DNA of 64,000 nt from contig NMRA01000695.1 of assembly GCA_002633005.1 (NCBI GenBank), forward strand, positions 107,877 through 171,876, written 5' to 3'. Source of the DNA: Phoronis australis (taxonomy: Eukaryota > Animalia > Phoronida). The position numbers and the translations under genes were made by a program. Every line of letters begins with the position of its first letter. Position 1 is the stretch's first letter. Under the pieces are notes generated by a model that was not told the DNA's origin, did not search any database, and saw nothing but the letters and a program-made list of their open reading frames with translations. Shown piece by piece: positions 1-11,319 of the stretch.

Positions 1-445
1 TAATTTGCGCCACATCTCAGCTGGTATTTCAATAATTTTTGACATATACGTTTTCAGACGAAACACACAAGTGCTTTCGATGCTTTTTTTCCTTAACGTT
101 TTGGGCATATCTCTTTAGGTGTAAATTTGATACAAAGGTATTTATATTCTGATGTGACTTCATTAAAATGTCTTAAGAAACCACTTTTTGTGAAGTCTAA
201 ATACAATAATCTTTGCCGATTTGACAAAAGTGAATTGGCTAAATTAATGCATTTCGAGATTCCCGAATTTTCATCTAACGTACACGTCAGGAGGAATTTC
301 ACTGAAGCCCCAATATCTAAATATTGTTTGCATGTCCTTCCAACAGGGAGTAACTACAGTTGCGACACCCGATTTGCAAATCGTAACCTTGTCATCTTAT
401 CGGAATTCCGGCATTGTTTGGTTAGCGCGTGTTTGGTTGGTATAG

Positions 446-835
446 CATGCGCACACACAGGAGGGGGGAGGGCTCGAAGGAGCCCCGCATGTGGCGAAGT
501 GGGCAAAAAGGTCCGCCCCCGAAAGACAAAATGTCCGAGGAAATGGGACAAAAGTCCAGTAAATAAGCACAAACGCGCAATTCACAGTGGTGTACCCGTT
601 TTTGTTTTTTTAGTCCGCCCGGTCTTTTGTTAGCAAAAAGGTCCATAACGTCAGGAATTTTGAAGACTGCCTCCCGTTCAGTAACGCTAGGACCTCGCTA
701 AAAAGAAAGACTTCGCGAGATTACGTGGGATATTGCCGTGCATTCTAAATGAGAACACGTGACTTTGACTAGGTTTTAGCTAGGTCCTAGCGTAGGTCCT
801 AGCGTCTACTGAACGCACGCCAGGGTTCGCGCATG
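446..835. mobile_element. MITE with CATGCGC termini and perfect 5-bp TSD (TATAG)
   Basis: Starts CATGCGCAC (446) and ends GTTCGCGCATG (835). TATAG at 441-445 and 836-840. Body resembles 43748-44000 (shared CGAAGTGGG-AAAA and AAAAGGTCCA). Confidence 0.75.
675..815. repeat. Inverted repeat (about 21-bp arms) nested in the MITE
   Basis: CGTTCAGTAACGCTAGGACCT (675-695) is the reverse complement of AGGTCCTAGCGTCTACTGAACG (794-815) with one indel. Confidence 0.7.
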
Positions 836-1154
836 TATAGTGTTTTGCAGACGATAAAATGTAAGGCGTATGGATTTCTACTTTGCACTACTACAGTGGC
901 GGATCTAGGATATCACAAGGGGGAGCCCAACATTTTGCCCGGCTGGAAGCATTTGCGCAAACTGAACCACGATTGTAGATGCGCATAGCACCGAATGGGG
1001 GAAGGTCGGGAGGGGGGCAAACCCCCCTCCCGCCCAGGAAATTTTTCTGTTTTTACCTCTAAAAATCAAGCATTTTCCTTGATTCCTGAAGTATTATCCA
1101 AGAAAAAAAAGGCAAAAAAACGAGAACGTGTCAAACAGGAAAAACTGCAAATAC

Positions 1155-1212
1155 CAAGGACTAGAACTCACGACTGGCGGATAGAGCGCACGTGCGTTAC
1201 CACTACACCATC
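1155..1212 (-). other. tRNA-derived (Pol III A/B box) relic, SINE head or tRNA pseudogene
   Basis: Minus strand reads TGGTGTAGTGGT (A-box-like) followed by GAGTTCTAGTCC (degenerate B box). No full cloverleaf evident. Confidence 0.4.
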
Positions 1213-1674
1213 ACGATTTAACTACTAATCTCCTACTAAAAGACCTACTTGTTTATGGGCCACAGCGTTTGCGCGCGAAACTTACTTCTTTTTGTAATGC
1301 TTATTACACGTTTTATATTTTGTGCCATCATTTCTTAACAAATTTATCGTATTTGAAATAGTCTTCAAATGCCCAAAAGACCAAATCCATTTTTCGTGTT
1401 GGCAATAATGACGGGATTGCTTTGGAAATCGTCTTAAGATAAGGTTTGACAAAGAGAGTATTGCGAGTTTCTGAGTGATTCACTAAGGCTTCGATTAAAA
1501 TTCACTTTTTACCAGCAGCTTCTGTTTTTTCATCGTCACTCAGGTTCCATTTTCTTTAAAAAATGAAGTAAATTTTCTTCATTACACAGTGTACACTCTA
1601 TCACAGTGCTAAACGAAAGTTAGCACTGTAGAATGTTGTTTAATATGGCCTCCCAGTGGTTAAAGTAATGGAAC

Positions 1675-1705
1675 TGACGTCATAACATTCAGTCATTCCC
1701 ATTGG
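1675..1705 (+). promoter_or_regulatory. CRE (TGACGTCA) plus inverted CCAAT box upstream of the RecQ fragment
   Basis: TGACGTCA at 1675-1682 and ATTGG at 1701-1705, about 45-70 bp before the GTGGCG probable former start at 1748. Confidence 0.35.
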
Positions 1706-1747
1706 TTGAAAGTTGGGAAACCCCTTTCAGTTTACAAATTACGAAGT

Positions 1748-2909
1748 GTGGCGACCACGGATTTAAGTAGTTGCATTTTATTAAAACGGACAGTGGTGGA
1801 AGTGAATAAGACCAAGAAAACCCCGATACAGTGGCTTAAGCCGAAACAAATCCGATGTATAAAGGTGTGTGCCAGTGGTGGCGATGTGGTCGGTATATTG
1901 CCGACGGGATACGGCAAAACATTGATTATGGAAGTACTGCCTGTCTACGCGGACTTGCTTGCAGCTCGGGGACAATTTGAGAAGTCTGTGTGTCTAGTAA
2001 TCAGCCCGCTGAATGCCATTCTGGCCCAACAGAGAGATACGTTTGGTAGGGAAGCTCTACTTCTTTCTTTTGGTGAAGAAGGTAAGCTCGTGAACACTAA
2101 CTTTGTTTTCATAATTATATGAGATCACGTAATGGCTCTATTAGTCGATCACAATGGCCAACATAGTACGTCTAACACCCTTATCTGGTTTGGCAAGGGG
2201 GGCCAGCAGGAGGTGATAACAATCATACTTGCTAAAATCAAGCCTCACGAACTCTAACACGGCTAAAAATTGATCACAATACCGAATCTGAAAGCCATTT
2301 AACAAAGAATGTATTAGGTTACTATACATGCGAATGTCAGACCTATGGTGCCCATTGGTGGTCTTGTGTAGTCCAACTTAGAAAATGCATCCATGAAAAC
2401 TGCCAAAAAGAGGGGTGCGATCAAAATGGCAGATTTATAGAAAATAGTGTCAGTGTATGCCAATCTCTATTCTTGATACTTTTTTGTTCCAGAAGTGCAT
2501 ACAGAGCCTGAAGGGGAGTCGACAAACAGCGAAGATAGTGAGGATGACAGCTGTGCTGGTCGTTCAAGTGACTTATACCGATATGTACTTGGTCATCCGG
2601 AACAATTTGTGTCTTTTCCTAAACGTATCCTGGCAGCCGAATGGTGTAAACGCGTAAGATTTGTAGTTGTTGACGAAGCTCATTGCATCGTGAGTTGGGG
2701 CGACAATTTCCGCCCCAAATTTCAGGAACTGAGGAAGCTGCGGGCCATGTTCACACAGGCAGTTTTTTGTGCCTTAACTGCCACAGCGACTGCAAGAACG
2801 GTGAAAGACATTTCTTATCATCTCCAATTGAAAGACCCAGCAGTTATTATGTCTTCAATTGACAGGCCCAACATAAAATATATTGTGAAGACTAGCCCAG
2901 CATACAAAT
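1748..2909 (+). pseudogene. Truncated RecQ-family SF2 helicase (N-terminal DEAH domain only), possibly AcademH-transposon derived
   Basis: Exons about 1748-2081 and 2493-2909 join in frame (GT 2082, AG 2491-2492). Motifs: LKPKQ (Q motif), LPTGYGKT (Walker A), VISPLNAI (Ia), VVDEAHCIVSWGDNFRP (II plus RecQ aromatic loop), ALTATAT (III), DRPNIKY. No helicase C-terminal exon follows, and there is no in-frame ATG upstream of Walker A. Confidence 0.8.
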
Positions 2910-4010
2910 GTAAGCTGACTTTACATCATCTTGCCCAGCAACTGCATTTTGTTTTTTCCTTTCTATAATGAATAATCTTGCCATGCCATCTAAGAAGCTC
3001 TTCTGTATTTACTCTTTCCTAATAACCTAAATATATTGCAGTATAGGTGGCGCTGTGTCAAAGGGTATACACAGTGGAGCAGACGACGGAAGCGGAGTCG
3101 TAGTGCGCAGCGCCACTGCCGGTCGCCTGGGATATCGCGGGAGAGCCTACACTTAGCCATAGTTCCGTTACGAATGCGCCGTGTTCCTAATTTAACACTT
3201 GAAATTGGATTTGAGCCCCCCCCCCAAANTTAATTAATAAACTCATCATTTCCCTACGCTCTTACCGTTTTATTTTTTTTTGGCGGCAGCCAAGGGGGGG
3301 GCCCTGGGCCCCCCCTAAATCCGCCTATGTACTATGTGATTCGCCCATGTAATATCAAAAAATTACGTACTCGCTGTTTTTAATCAGTCGTGTCGTAACA
3401 CACTCCAGGTCATGTGAGAAAAGTGATAACGTCACTGGCCACAATTTCAGGGAGTTATGGCTTTAGTGAACGTCAATAACTCCAAGAAATCTATCCCATC
3501 CAACAAATCCCCAAAATGCATTTTCGGTCGTAAAACTAACTGTACCGAAAAGAACCCGTGCAGCACATCGCCGTGTCCACTGACAAAGAAGTTCGCAGTG
3601 TCCAAGTGGTTTCTGCGAGGAGTTCGATAGTATCGAACATGGCTGGCGCGTACACGAATAACGTGAGAGATTTGAATGCACTGGGATATTTTGCGTCTAA
3701 TTTATTGACAACGTAATAACGACGAGGTTCACGATGGTAAATAATAATGATAGTATCGTGTATCATTAATACGCTGCTTATCATATCCTTTAGGACACGA
3801 AAACACGTGAGATTATCTTTGATTTATCGTGTAAAGAACTTTGACCAACCTTGTTACACGACACTCTAAGACGATACAGGTTGCGCTTAGACATTAAGAT
3901 TTTTGTCTAGCTAAAAAGGTTAAGTATAATTACCTGCTTTGCTCAAATATGTGCTGACAAATCCACCTGCATCGATAAAGAAACACAAAGACCTCGACAC
4001 AGGTGCCAGG

Positions 4011-7000
4011 ATGTCTTTCCGTTTTGGGTTGTTTCTATGTTTGTTTATGGTTGTGCAGAATTCCGCAGCTGATGTGAATGGTTTAAAGGTGAATGTTTCG
4101 TATTATCCGGCAGAGATACGAGATCTGGTCGAGAATAGTGTTCGTAACATAACCGTACAATGCGTTTGGAATGTGGCCGACTTCAAGCGAGTTCAATTAG
4201 TGGTGACGTCAGACAACGAAGAGAATGTGGCATTGGAAGGAAACTCGACTTTCATTTTGGATCCCAGCGACTTAGGGTCCAATTCGACCGTAATACAATT
4301 GAAAGGTATTTTTCTCGGGAAGGCTGGGGTTTCGTTCTCGTTCAAAACAGTTGGAACCCAGCAAAATGCCAGCAATGGTAACCCTGTGGTCTTCAAATAC
4401 CCGGTAGGGGTTGTACGACAACAAAGTGTTTTAGATCAGATCTTTGTCATTGGCGTCAGCGTCATGGTGGGAATCAACACCATTGGGTTTGGCTGTTCCC
4501 TGGATCTGACAGTAGTGAAGGAGATATTGAAGAAACCTATTGCTCCAGTCATTGGTTTTCTTTGCCAATATACAATAATGCCATTGGTAAGTGGGTTAAA
4601 ACGTACGACAAGAATATTGTAGTAAAATCTAGGCTTGCTAAGTGCTTCACATGAATGACAGTAATTAGCTTTTTCATAATGAAGTGATGGCACCTTACAC
4701 GATCCATGTATGAACAAGGCTTGTCGTGCTGTTGCCAAAATGTTTACTAAAACGAATTTCCTACTTCGTGAGATAATTGTACATTTTTAACGTGGTTCCA
4801 GAAATTGTTATTCAAGGCATATTACTTAATACTGTTCTGTCTTATGTGCGCTTGTTGTAAAAAATCTTTGAACTTCAAAATGTCTTATGGTAATAGGATA
4901 CACGTACCCTCGTTACCTAGGATCGAATTCCTTAAATAAGTATTGATAAAAGACCAATGAAACTTAATATTTTAAAATTCTTGATGGCACATTCTTGTCG
5001 CGTACCCGAAAGCAATGCCTAGATTTTCGTAGACACTTAACTGATATTTTTTTTCTGAAAAACGCGAAACCATTTTTTCGCAAAAAAACTTGCACATATT
5101 CGTCTAGTCACAAAATTGTGTCCAGTCTGGGGCGTCCTTTTCAAGTCCATTTAGCATGAGAACCCGGCTGTCAAGAAATGTTTACGTCATCATTTTAGAT
5201 AATTGTTTTTAAAAGAAAACCCCAAGCGTCCTTTTGAGGATACTAGAATAAATTATAAACTTTGCAAGTTTCGAGCGAAAAAATCGTGTTCTGAAAAAAT
5301 CGACAATCTCCACAAAAAGTCACCTTAATTAAAAAAATGTAATCATGTGTTTACAGACATCTATTTTGTACCTATAATTACATTCTGTGATGATCATAGA
5401 TGTTAAAATATAGTTTTTCGGATATATCATTAACACACTGAACTTGAAAAATTGTTTAAGAAATTCGATCCTCGGTAATATACTAGTAGAACTCAACGCC
5501 AAATAATTTCTTAAGCTGAATTGATTTGGGGGTATGCATTAATTCCTACGCCTTGTGCTACCATTTTAATTAAATGACTCACGCCCTCCCGTTATCTCAT
5601 GTAGACATCTTATGCTCTTGGAAAGATTGTGCGAATGCCCGCCGAACTTGCCATCGGACTGTTTGTTATTGGTTCGTGTCCGGGTGGTGGCGGAAGTAAC
5701 GTGTGGACTGTGCTTCTTGAGGGTGACTTGAATTTGAGTCTCACGATGACGTTTTTCAGTGTCGTCGCAGCATTAGGTAGGTTGTACTTTAGTATGACGT
5801 ATAAATAATTTGTTTGTGGGTGCCTTTACATGAGCTGTGGTAGCAGCGGGTTTTGTTGACAAATGCCTACTTCCAGATCTATAAAAGTATGGTCCAAATG
5901 AAGCCATCGTAATTCTAATATTGCCCATTTTTTCGGCATGTGTTGCATTCTGTTTTGCATACGATAACTCTATGGATGCACAAAAATGATGCCGTTTTCG
6001 GATCATACAAATTATTGACCTTCACGTCAGACATTTGATGACCAAAGCCCAGGCAAATTTAGTGTAACTTTAACTTCTGTCTGAAGGAATGCTAAATGGA
6101 AATCTAAGAGTGATTTTACAACGATAAAATGATTGTGTTTGAAAGAACAAATGTTCTTCACTTTTGTATGGAAAACACTTACTTAAGCATTAAAATTGTT
6201 AATAATATTTAGAGTCAAGTTTTGTAATTCAGTAAAAACATCACTTTTCGAATTCGTGATGGACTGTTTTAACAAGCTCAAAGAGTATGTCAGTGTGTGT
6301 TTCAAATTGGTTGAAACTCGTTCTTTAGTTTGCTAATCACATAGGAGCAAGGGGCGATATTTTACTCGGAATCGAACTCGAAAATATAATGAATATATTC
6401 CGTTTTACTTTTAGTAAACAAGAACACTACAAGAGCAACGCGGAATGTTGATATGCGCCCACGACTGCACCGCAAACGGTGTGCATTTAGGGGTGTTTAC
6501 TTGTATCATAAAACTGGCCATTAGTTGGGAGAACCCATCCGAAATGCAACGATGTTGTCGTCTCTCAAAATTATTTGTCTACTTTTATGAAAATCCGTCA
6601 AAGAACTCCAAATATACGAAGGCAAACGTAAAAAAATTTGCCGTTAGGAACCGCAGCAGTAATCGAATCCATCCATCTGCTGTCAAGCTAAGAGGAATGT
6701 AATAGCGAAATCTCAAAAACATCTTGTAAGAGGTTTTGGAGATACAGCCACAGAAGCGAAAAAATATCACCTGGGGGCACCACAGTAGTTGAACCCTTAG
6801 AAAATCCACGTCAGTCACACTCTCTTGTCAAAAGAAACACTTCTGTCAATTTTCATAATGATCCTTTGCGCGGTTTAGCAGATACAGAAGAAAACGACAA
6901 AAACAGACTAAAAAATATTGAAAGTGTCCACTAGTTGGTGCGGAATACATCAAATCCATCACAAATGGAAAGCTGCTGCCGTCTTCAATTCATAATAGAA

Positions 7001-10000
7001 ATTTGTTTGCCAAATTTCATAAAAAGTATCAGGGAATTCTAAAGTTACAGAGGCAAACGTAAAAAAATAAAATTGCTACTAGGGAGCACAACTGTTGTTG
7101 GATTGATCTGAAACTGGCCACCATCTGTTGCCATCTCCATAGGAGCCCGATTGCTAATTTTCATCTTGGAAAGGGTAAAGGAGATACAGCCGTGAATGCA
7201 AAAATGCCACTGGGGGCCTGAGTAGTTGAACATCCGAAAACCAACGCCATCCTCGCCGGGTCTTCTGATCAAGAATACATCTACAAATAATGATGCCTCA
7301 AAAAGTTGCTAAACGGGCAATCGTGATCGTTGTCATAACGCTAAATCTCCGTGAGAGACCGTCTGGAGTTGGTATAAGGTGCAACTCCGGACGGTCTGGG
7401 GTCAACAGAAAAATACAGTTCAGCTGTGAGTCTACGCCAAAGTGATAAACGAGAGTAGTTCTACTTGCTTCGTCAGCTGCAGGTATGCTTATATCTTTTA
7501 TGACACACAATGTGTGACTGGGCAAAGCATTTTCAAAAAATGTGGATAAATCAGTGGAGTGTGAGACCCCTGAGGTCCATGTCAAGTCCTCACGACAATT
7601 CTACGTTATGGTCAACTTCATACGAATACTCTTGCCAAAATAAATTAATATCCTGCAGAGGTTTTGGGAGGTACAAAAAATGTCACGAGGAGGCGCCACT
7701 GTAGTCTGAGCCGTACGAAAATCCTCATCAGCCGTCCTCTTCATGCTAAAATCATAAACACCAATTTTTAAAATCATTCTTAGAGTGCTTGGTTGATAGA
7801 GAGGCGGTCGCCAAATCAAGACTAGAAAACAGTAAAAATTGCCACTAGATGGCGCAAAATACATCGAATCCATCCGAAAACAGAAACATGTGATTTTTTC
7901 TTTAATAAAAAGCTATTTACCAAAGTTCACAAAAATCCATAAATGAACTTCGGAAGAACAGTGGAAAACGGGAAAAAATGCTAGGGGGCAGAGCGATCGT
8001 CGGATCCGTCTAAAAGGCGTCGTCATCCGTTGTCAACTTCACATAAAATAGATACACTTGCTAAATTAATTAAAAATCCTGCAGAGGACTAGGAGGCACA
8101 ACCATAAGCGCAAAAAAAACCTGCCACTAGGAGGCGCCACAGTGGTCAAAGTCGTCCGTAAAAATCATCGCCAGCCGTCTTCTTCACAGTAGGAACATAT
8201 ATGCCAACTTTCACAAACATCTTTCGAGTGGTTTTTTTTGAACGCCAAAACACTCTCGTAAAAAACCTCAAATCCATCCGAAAACGAGAGGATTAGATAC
8301 CGTAGATGCCTATATGCTAATTCTCATCAAAATCCATTGAGGACCTTTGAATATACAGAGGTGAACGTAAAAAAATTGAAACTAGGGGTACACACCGGTT
8401 GTCCGATCCTTCCGAAAGTCGTCGTCTGAGTTCATATAAATATCTTGTTAACTTTGATATATATACTGCAGAGCGTTTAGGAGATAGAGCCATGGGCGTA
8501 AAAACAAAAACTGCCACTAGGAGACGCCGCAGTAGTTGAAGACGTCGGAAAATAATCGTCAGATGCCCTCTTTACAGTAAGAACATAATTATATTTTCGC
8601 AATCATCCTCAGTGGTGGAGTGATTTGGCTGATAGAGGGGCAGACACCATAAAAACAAACTCAAAAATAGTAAAAATGGTCACTAGGTGGCGCAAAATAC
8701 CTCTAATCCATTTGAAAACTGAAAGATAGCGTCATCTCACTAATAGACGTCTATCTGCCAAATTTTACGAAAATACGTTGAGGATCTCCGAAGATACAGA
8801 TGTAAACGAAAAAAAATAAAATTGCCACTGGGGGACACATCGCTTGTCGGATAGGTTCGAAATCCGTCGTCATCTGTCGCTTTATAGGAATAGATCTTCC
8901 AAATTCCATCAAGATATCCTGTGACGGGCTTAGGAGATACAGTTGCGGACGGCGGACGCCCAGGCAGAGATGAACGTAACATATACACCAGTATATGGGC
9001 GCATAAAAATAAACGTCTGCTGACTACATTACGGTTGAAGTGGATGGTTGTGATCCGATTTTACACTTAATGGGCTATAGACTACTAACGTCTAATCTGA
9101 ATTCGAAATCTCGAAATTTTGCTTTAAATCTCGAGTTTTGCCTAGAGTTTATAGCTCGATTCTACTAATGTCGGGCTCAGCAAGTGTGAATTTGGACACA
9201 TACACACATTTGCGTAATACCTGACCACAGAACTATTAATAGCTAATATTGATATTAAAGGAGAACGAAAGATATCAAAAAGTATTTTCGAGGTCGATTT
9301 CGAGCAAAAATGATTAGACCCCTTGTCCACGGATGAACAACTAACTTGAAAAGCATAAACCCGTCAACCTGACCAGATTATCTGCATTAAAAAAGCTATA
9401 AAACCGCGTTCCGTAAAAGAAGCAAACTTTTGACTTAAATTACCTAGTGCTATAAAATTGCTAATCCGGCTGTAACTCAGATGGGAATTGATCTCCGGGT
9501 TTGCAAAGAAACTACTATTCGTCATCCTTCAAAACCATACTTGGCGCATAAAATGACACGCTGTCACAAGCCCACTTGTAGAGCCTAGTCTAGTCAAGCA
9601 ATAACGAACTGTCAATTGCTTTATGTTGTTTAAATCACCTCCAATTTGAGGCCAATTTCATAATGGTGAGTGGGCCATTAATGGAAGGAAGGTTTATAGC
9701 CAATTTAAATGATGACAAACTAGTATCATTTTGGTGACATAACGCCATAAAGAAAAAGTGAGTGGTGAAGGTTTAATAACTGCCCTCAAAATATAATTTT
9801 ATCTGATTTAACCCTTTTCAGGCATGCTCCCCCTGTGGCTGTATACCTTGGGCGTTACCATTCTGGAGACCGACCTTAAGATTCCTTTCGAAAATATTGC
9901 TACTTCACTCATTACGCTGGTCGTTCCTTGCATAGTTGGAGTTCTCATCAACCGCTTCTTGCCGAAAGTGAGCAAGGTGCTAGGTAAATTAGTCAAGCCT

Positions 10001-10501
10001 GCTTCTTTGATTATTGTTTTGTTCATTTTAACATTTGGCACGTACGTGAACCTGTACATATTTGAGATGCTGGACGACTGGAGAATCAGTGTTTCCGGCC
10101 TACTTCTTCCTTACGTCGGCATGATTTTGAGCGGGGCTGTTGGATTGATATGCCGTCAACCGTGGACCCGTGTTAAAACCATCATGTTTGAAACTGCCGT
10201 ACAGAACACGGGGCTAGCTATACTTATAGCAAAGCTGTCGCTTCCTCAACCTGACGCAGACCTAGCCGCTGTGATGCCGGTGGCACATGCTCTTTTCTTG
10301 CCGTTCCCAATGGTTATCTGGTATACTTCGCTCATGATTTATAGAAAGTGCTGCAAAAAATCCATAGACGGGGCCGATGTTTCATCAGTTACCGTTGACG
10401 AGACCATTCAGGTAAATGATGACATTTCCTTAGTAGAAAAAGATTCGTCCGGAACAAAAGCACTCGATCAAGGCAAAGTGAATAAAGCTATAGAAGAATG
10501 A
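4011..10501 (+). CDS. SLC10 family sodium/bile acid cotransporter (SLC10A3/A5-like, with N-terminal extracellular domain), 475 aa
   Basis: Exons 4011-4586, 5605-5776 and 9822-10501 (1428 nt, GT-AG, phases consistent). Signal peptide MSFRFGLFLCLFMVVQNSAA; family motifs GFLCQYTIMPL, GSCPGGGGSNVW, GDLNLSLTMT, ETAVQNTGLA. Confidence 0.93.
4916..5475. mobile_element. TA-flanked TIR non-autonomous element in SLC10 intron 1
   Basis: CCTAGGATCGAATTCCTTAAA (4916) versus TTTAAGAAATTCGATCCTCGG (to 5475), with TA on both sides, as expected for Tc1/mariner-type insertions. Confidence 0.6.
6500..8950 (+). repeat. Degenerate tandem array (about 140-bp monomers in about 420-bp trimers) with CTCF-like motifs
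   Basis: A CACTAG(N)TGGCGC / CACTAGGAGGCGC-type core recurs at about 6770, 6929, 7077, 7208, 7685, 7842, 7981, 8124, 8381, 8514, 8681 and 8825. GAGATAC/AG landmarks are spaced about 390-490 bp apart. Confidence 0.7.
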
Positions 10502-11033
10502 CTGACTGTTATGGAACAGCGACAATGAAGTCGTTTAATTGTAAACTGGACACGCAAGGGGGGGGGGGGGGGGGGGGGGGGNGTTGCGTTTCGAAAGCGC
10601 AAGATCACAGAAGCCCTAATTGGCAAGAAATCGACATGAATTACAAGTTAAACACCTGATCATATTAGCCGTTCTGGCGAACTTCTCGCGTATACGACAC
10701 GCAGTGTGATAACGAATCTGACAACAGCTTTGGCAAGGACGTGTATAGTCGTGACATTTACCGGCTTGCAAGTGCGCGGCGCAGTTCCAAGCTTGCCACG
10801 TGACAGCTACAGTGTATTTAATTGAATTACTACCATCTGGTACACACAATCGAACATTGGCACAACTACCGCCAGCTCTTCCCCCATAGGGGAAGGTTAA
10901 AGTTGAGCGAAACAAAATAAACCAAATGCAAAAGTTCTCCCATCATTTTTGCCTGCCTCAGTTGGATTTTCCGTTTCCGAAAAAGAAGCAACTATAAAAG
11001 CAACGTCGACTTGATTTTCAAAAGCACTAGCTC

Positions 11034-11183
11034 CATGGGCGGATCCAGGATTTTGAGTTAGGGGGGCCAGGGCATAGTATTTGTTAGGATTTTGCCTGTC
11101 AGACATTGGCACTCCCGAATTGCCCAATGGAATCTTGGAGGGGGGGACATGGCCCCCTTGGCCCCCCTCTAAATCCGCCGCTG
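11034..11183. mobile_element. Short MITE of the GGCGGATC family
   Basis: CATGGGCGGATCCAGG ... CTAAATCCGCCGCTG inverted termini. Flanks AGCTC/ATCTG match at only 3 of 5 positions. Confidence 0.65.
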
Positions 11184-11304
11184 ATCTGTGCTACATTTTT
11201 ACTTAATACGGTTTCATGTATTAGCATTATCAGGTACATTATTTACATTTACTGAACTCGCAAAAACTGATGCGTTTGCAAGAAGTACAACACAGCATAA
11301 TGTT

Positions 11305-11319
11305 AAATAAAATTTATTT
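11305..11319. terminator. Candidate bidirectional polyadenylation signal
   Basis: AATAAA on + (11306-11311) and on - (TTTATT 11313-11318), between the convergent SLC10 and LDLa genes. Confidence 0.3.

Larger units (their letters stand above)
894..3329. mobile_element. Non-autonomous TIR DNA element, 5-bp TSD (TACTA), carrying a RecQ helicase fragment
   Basis: Left end CAGTGGCGGATCTAGG (894); right end CCTAAATCCGCCTATG (to 3329; revcomp CATAGGCGGATTTAGG). TACTA at 889-893 and 3330-3334. Same terminus type as the short copies at 11034-11183 and 39770-39991. One ambiguous base (n) at 3229. Confidence 0.7.

Noticed and set aside
3036-3233. Possible third RecQ exon
   Set aside because: Either acceptor (3041 or 3046) gives an immediate stop or a short non-helicase peptide.
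6500-8950. CRISPR-like repeat-spacer reading of the array
   Set aside because: Whole monomers are homologous and diverged with no unique spacers, the context is a eukaryotic intron, and there are no cas genes.
10558-10583. Poly-G run (possible G-quadruplex)
   Set aside because: It contains an n, so the homopolymer length is unreliable.
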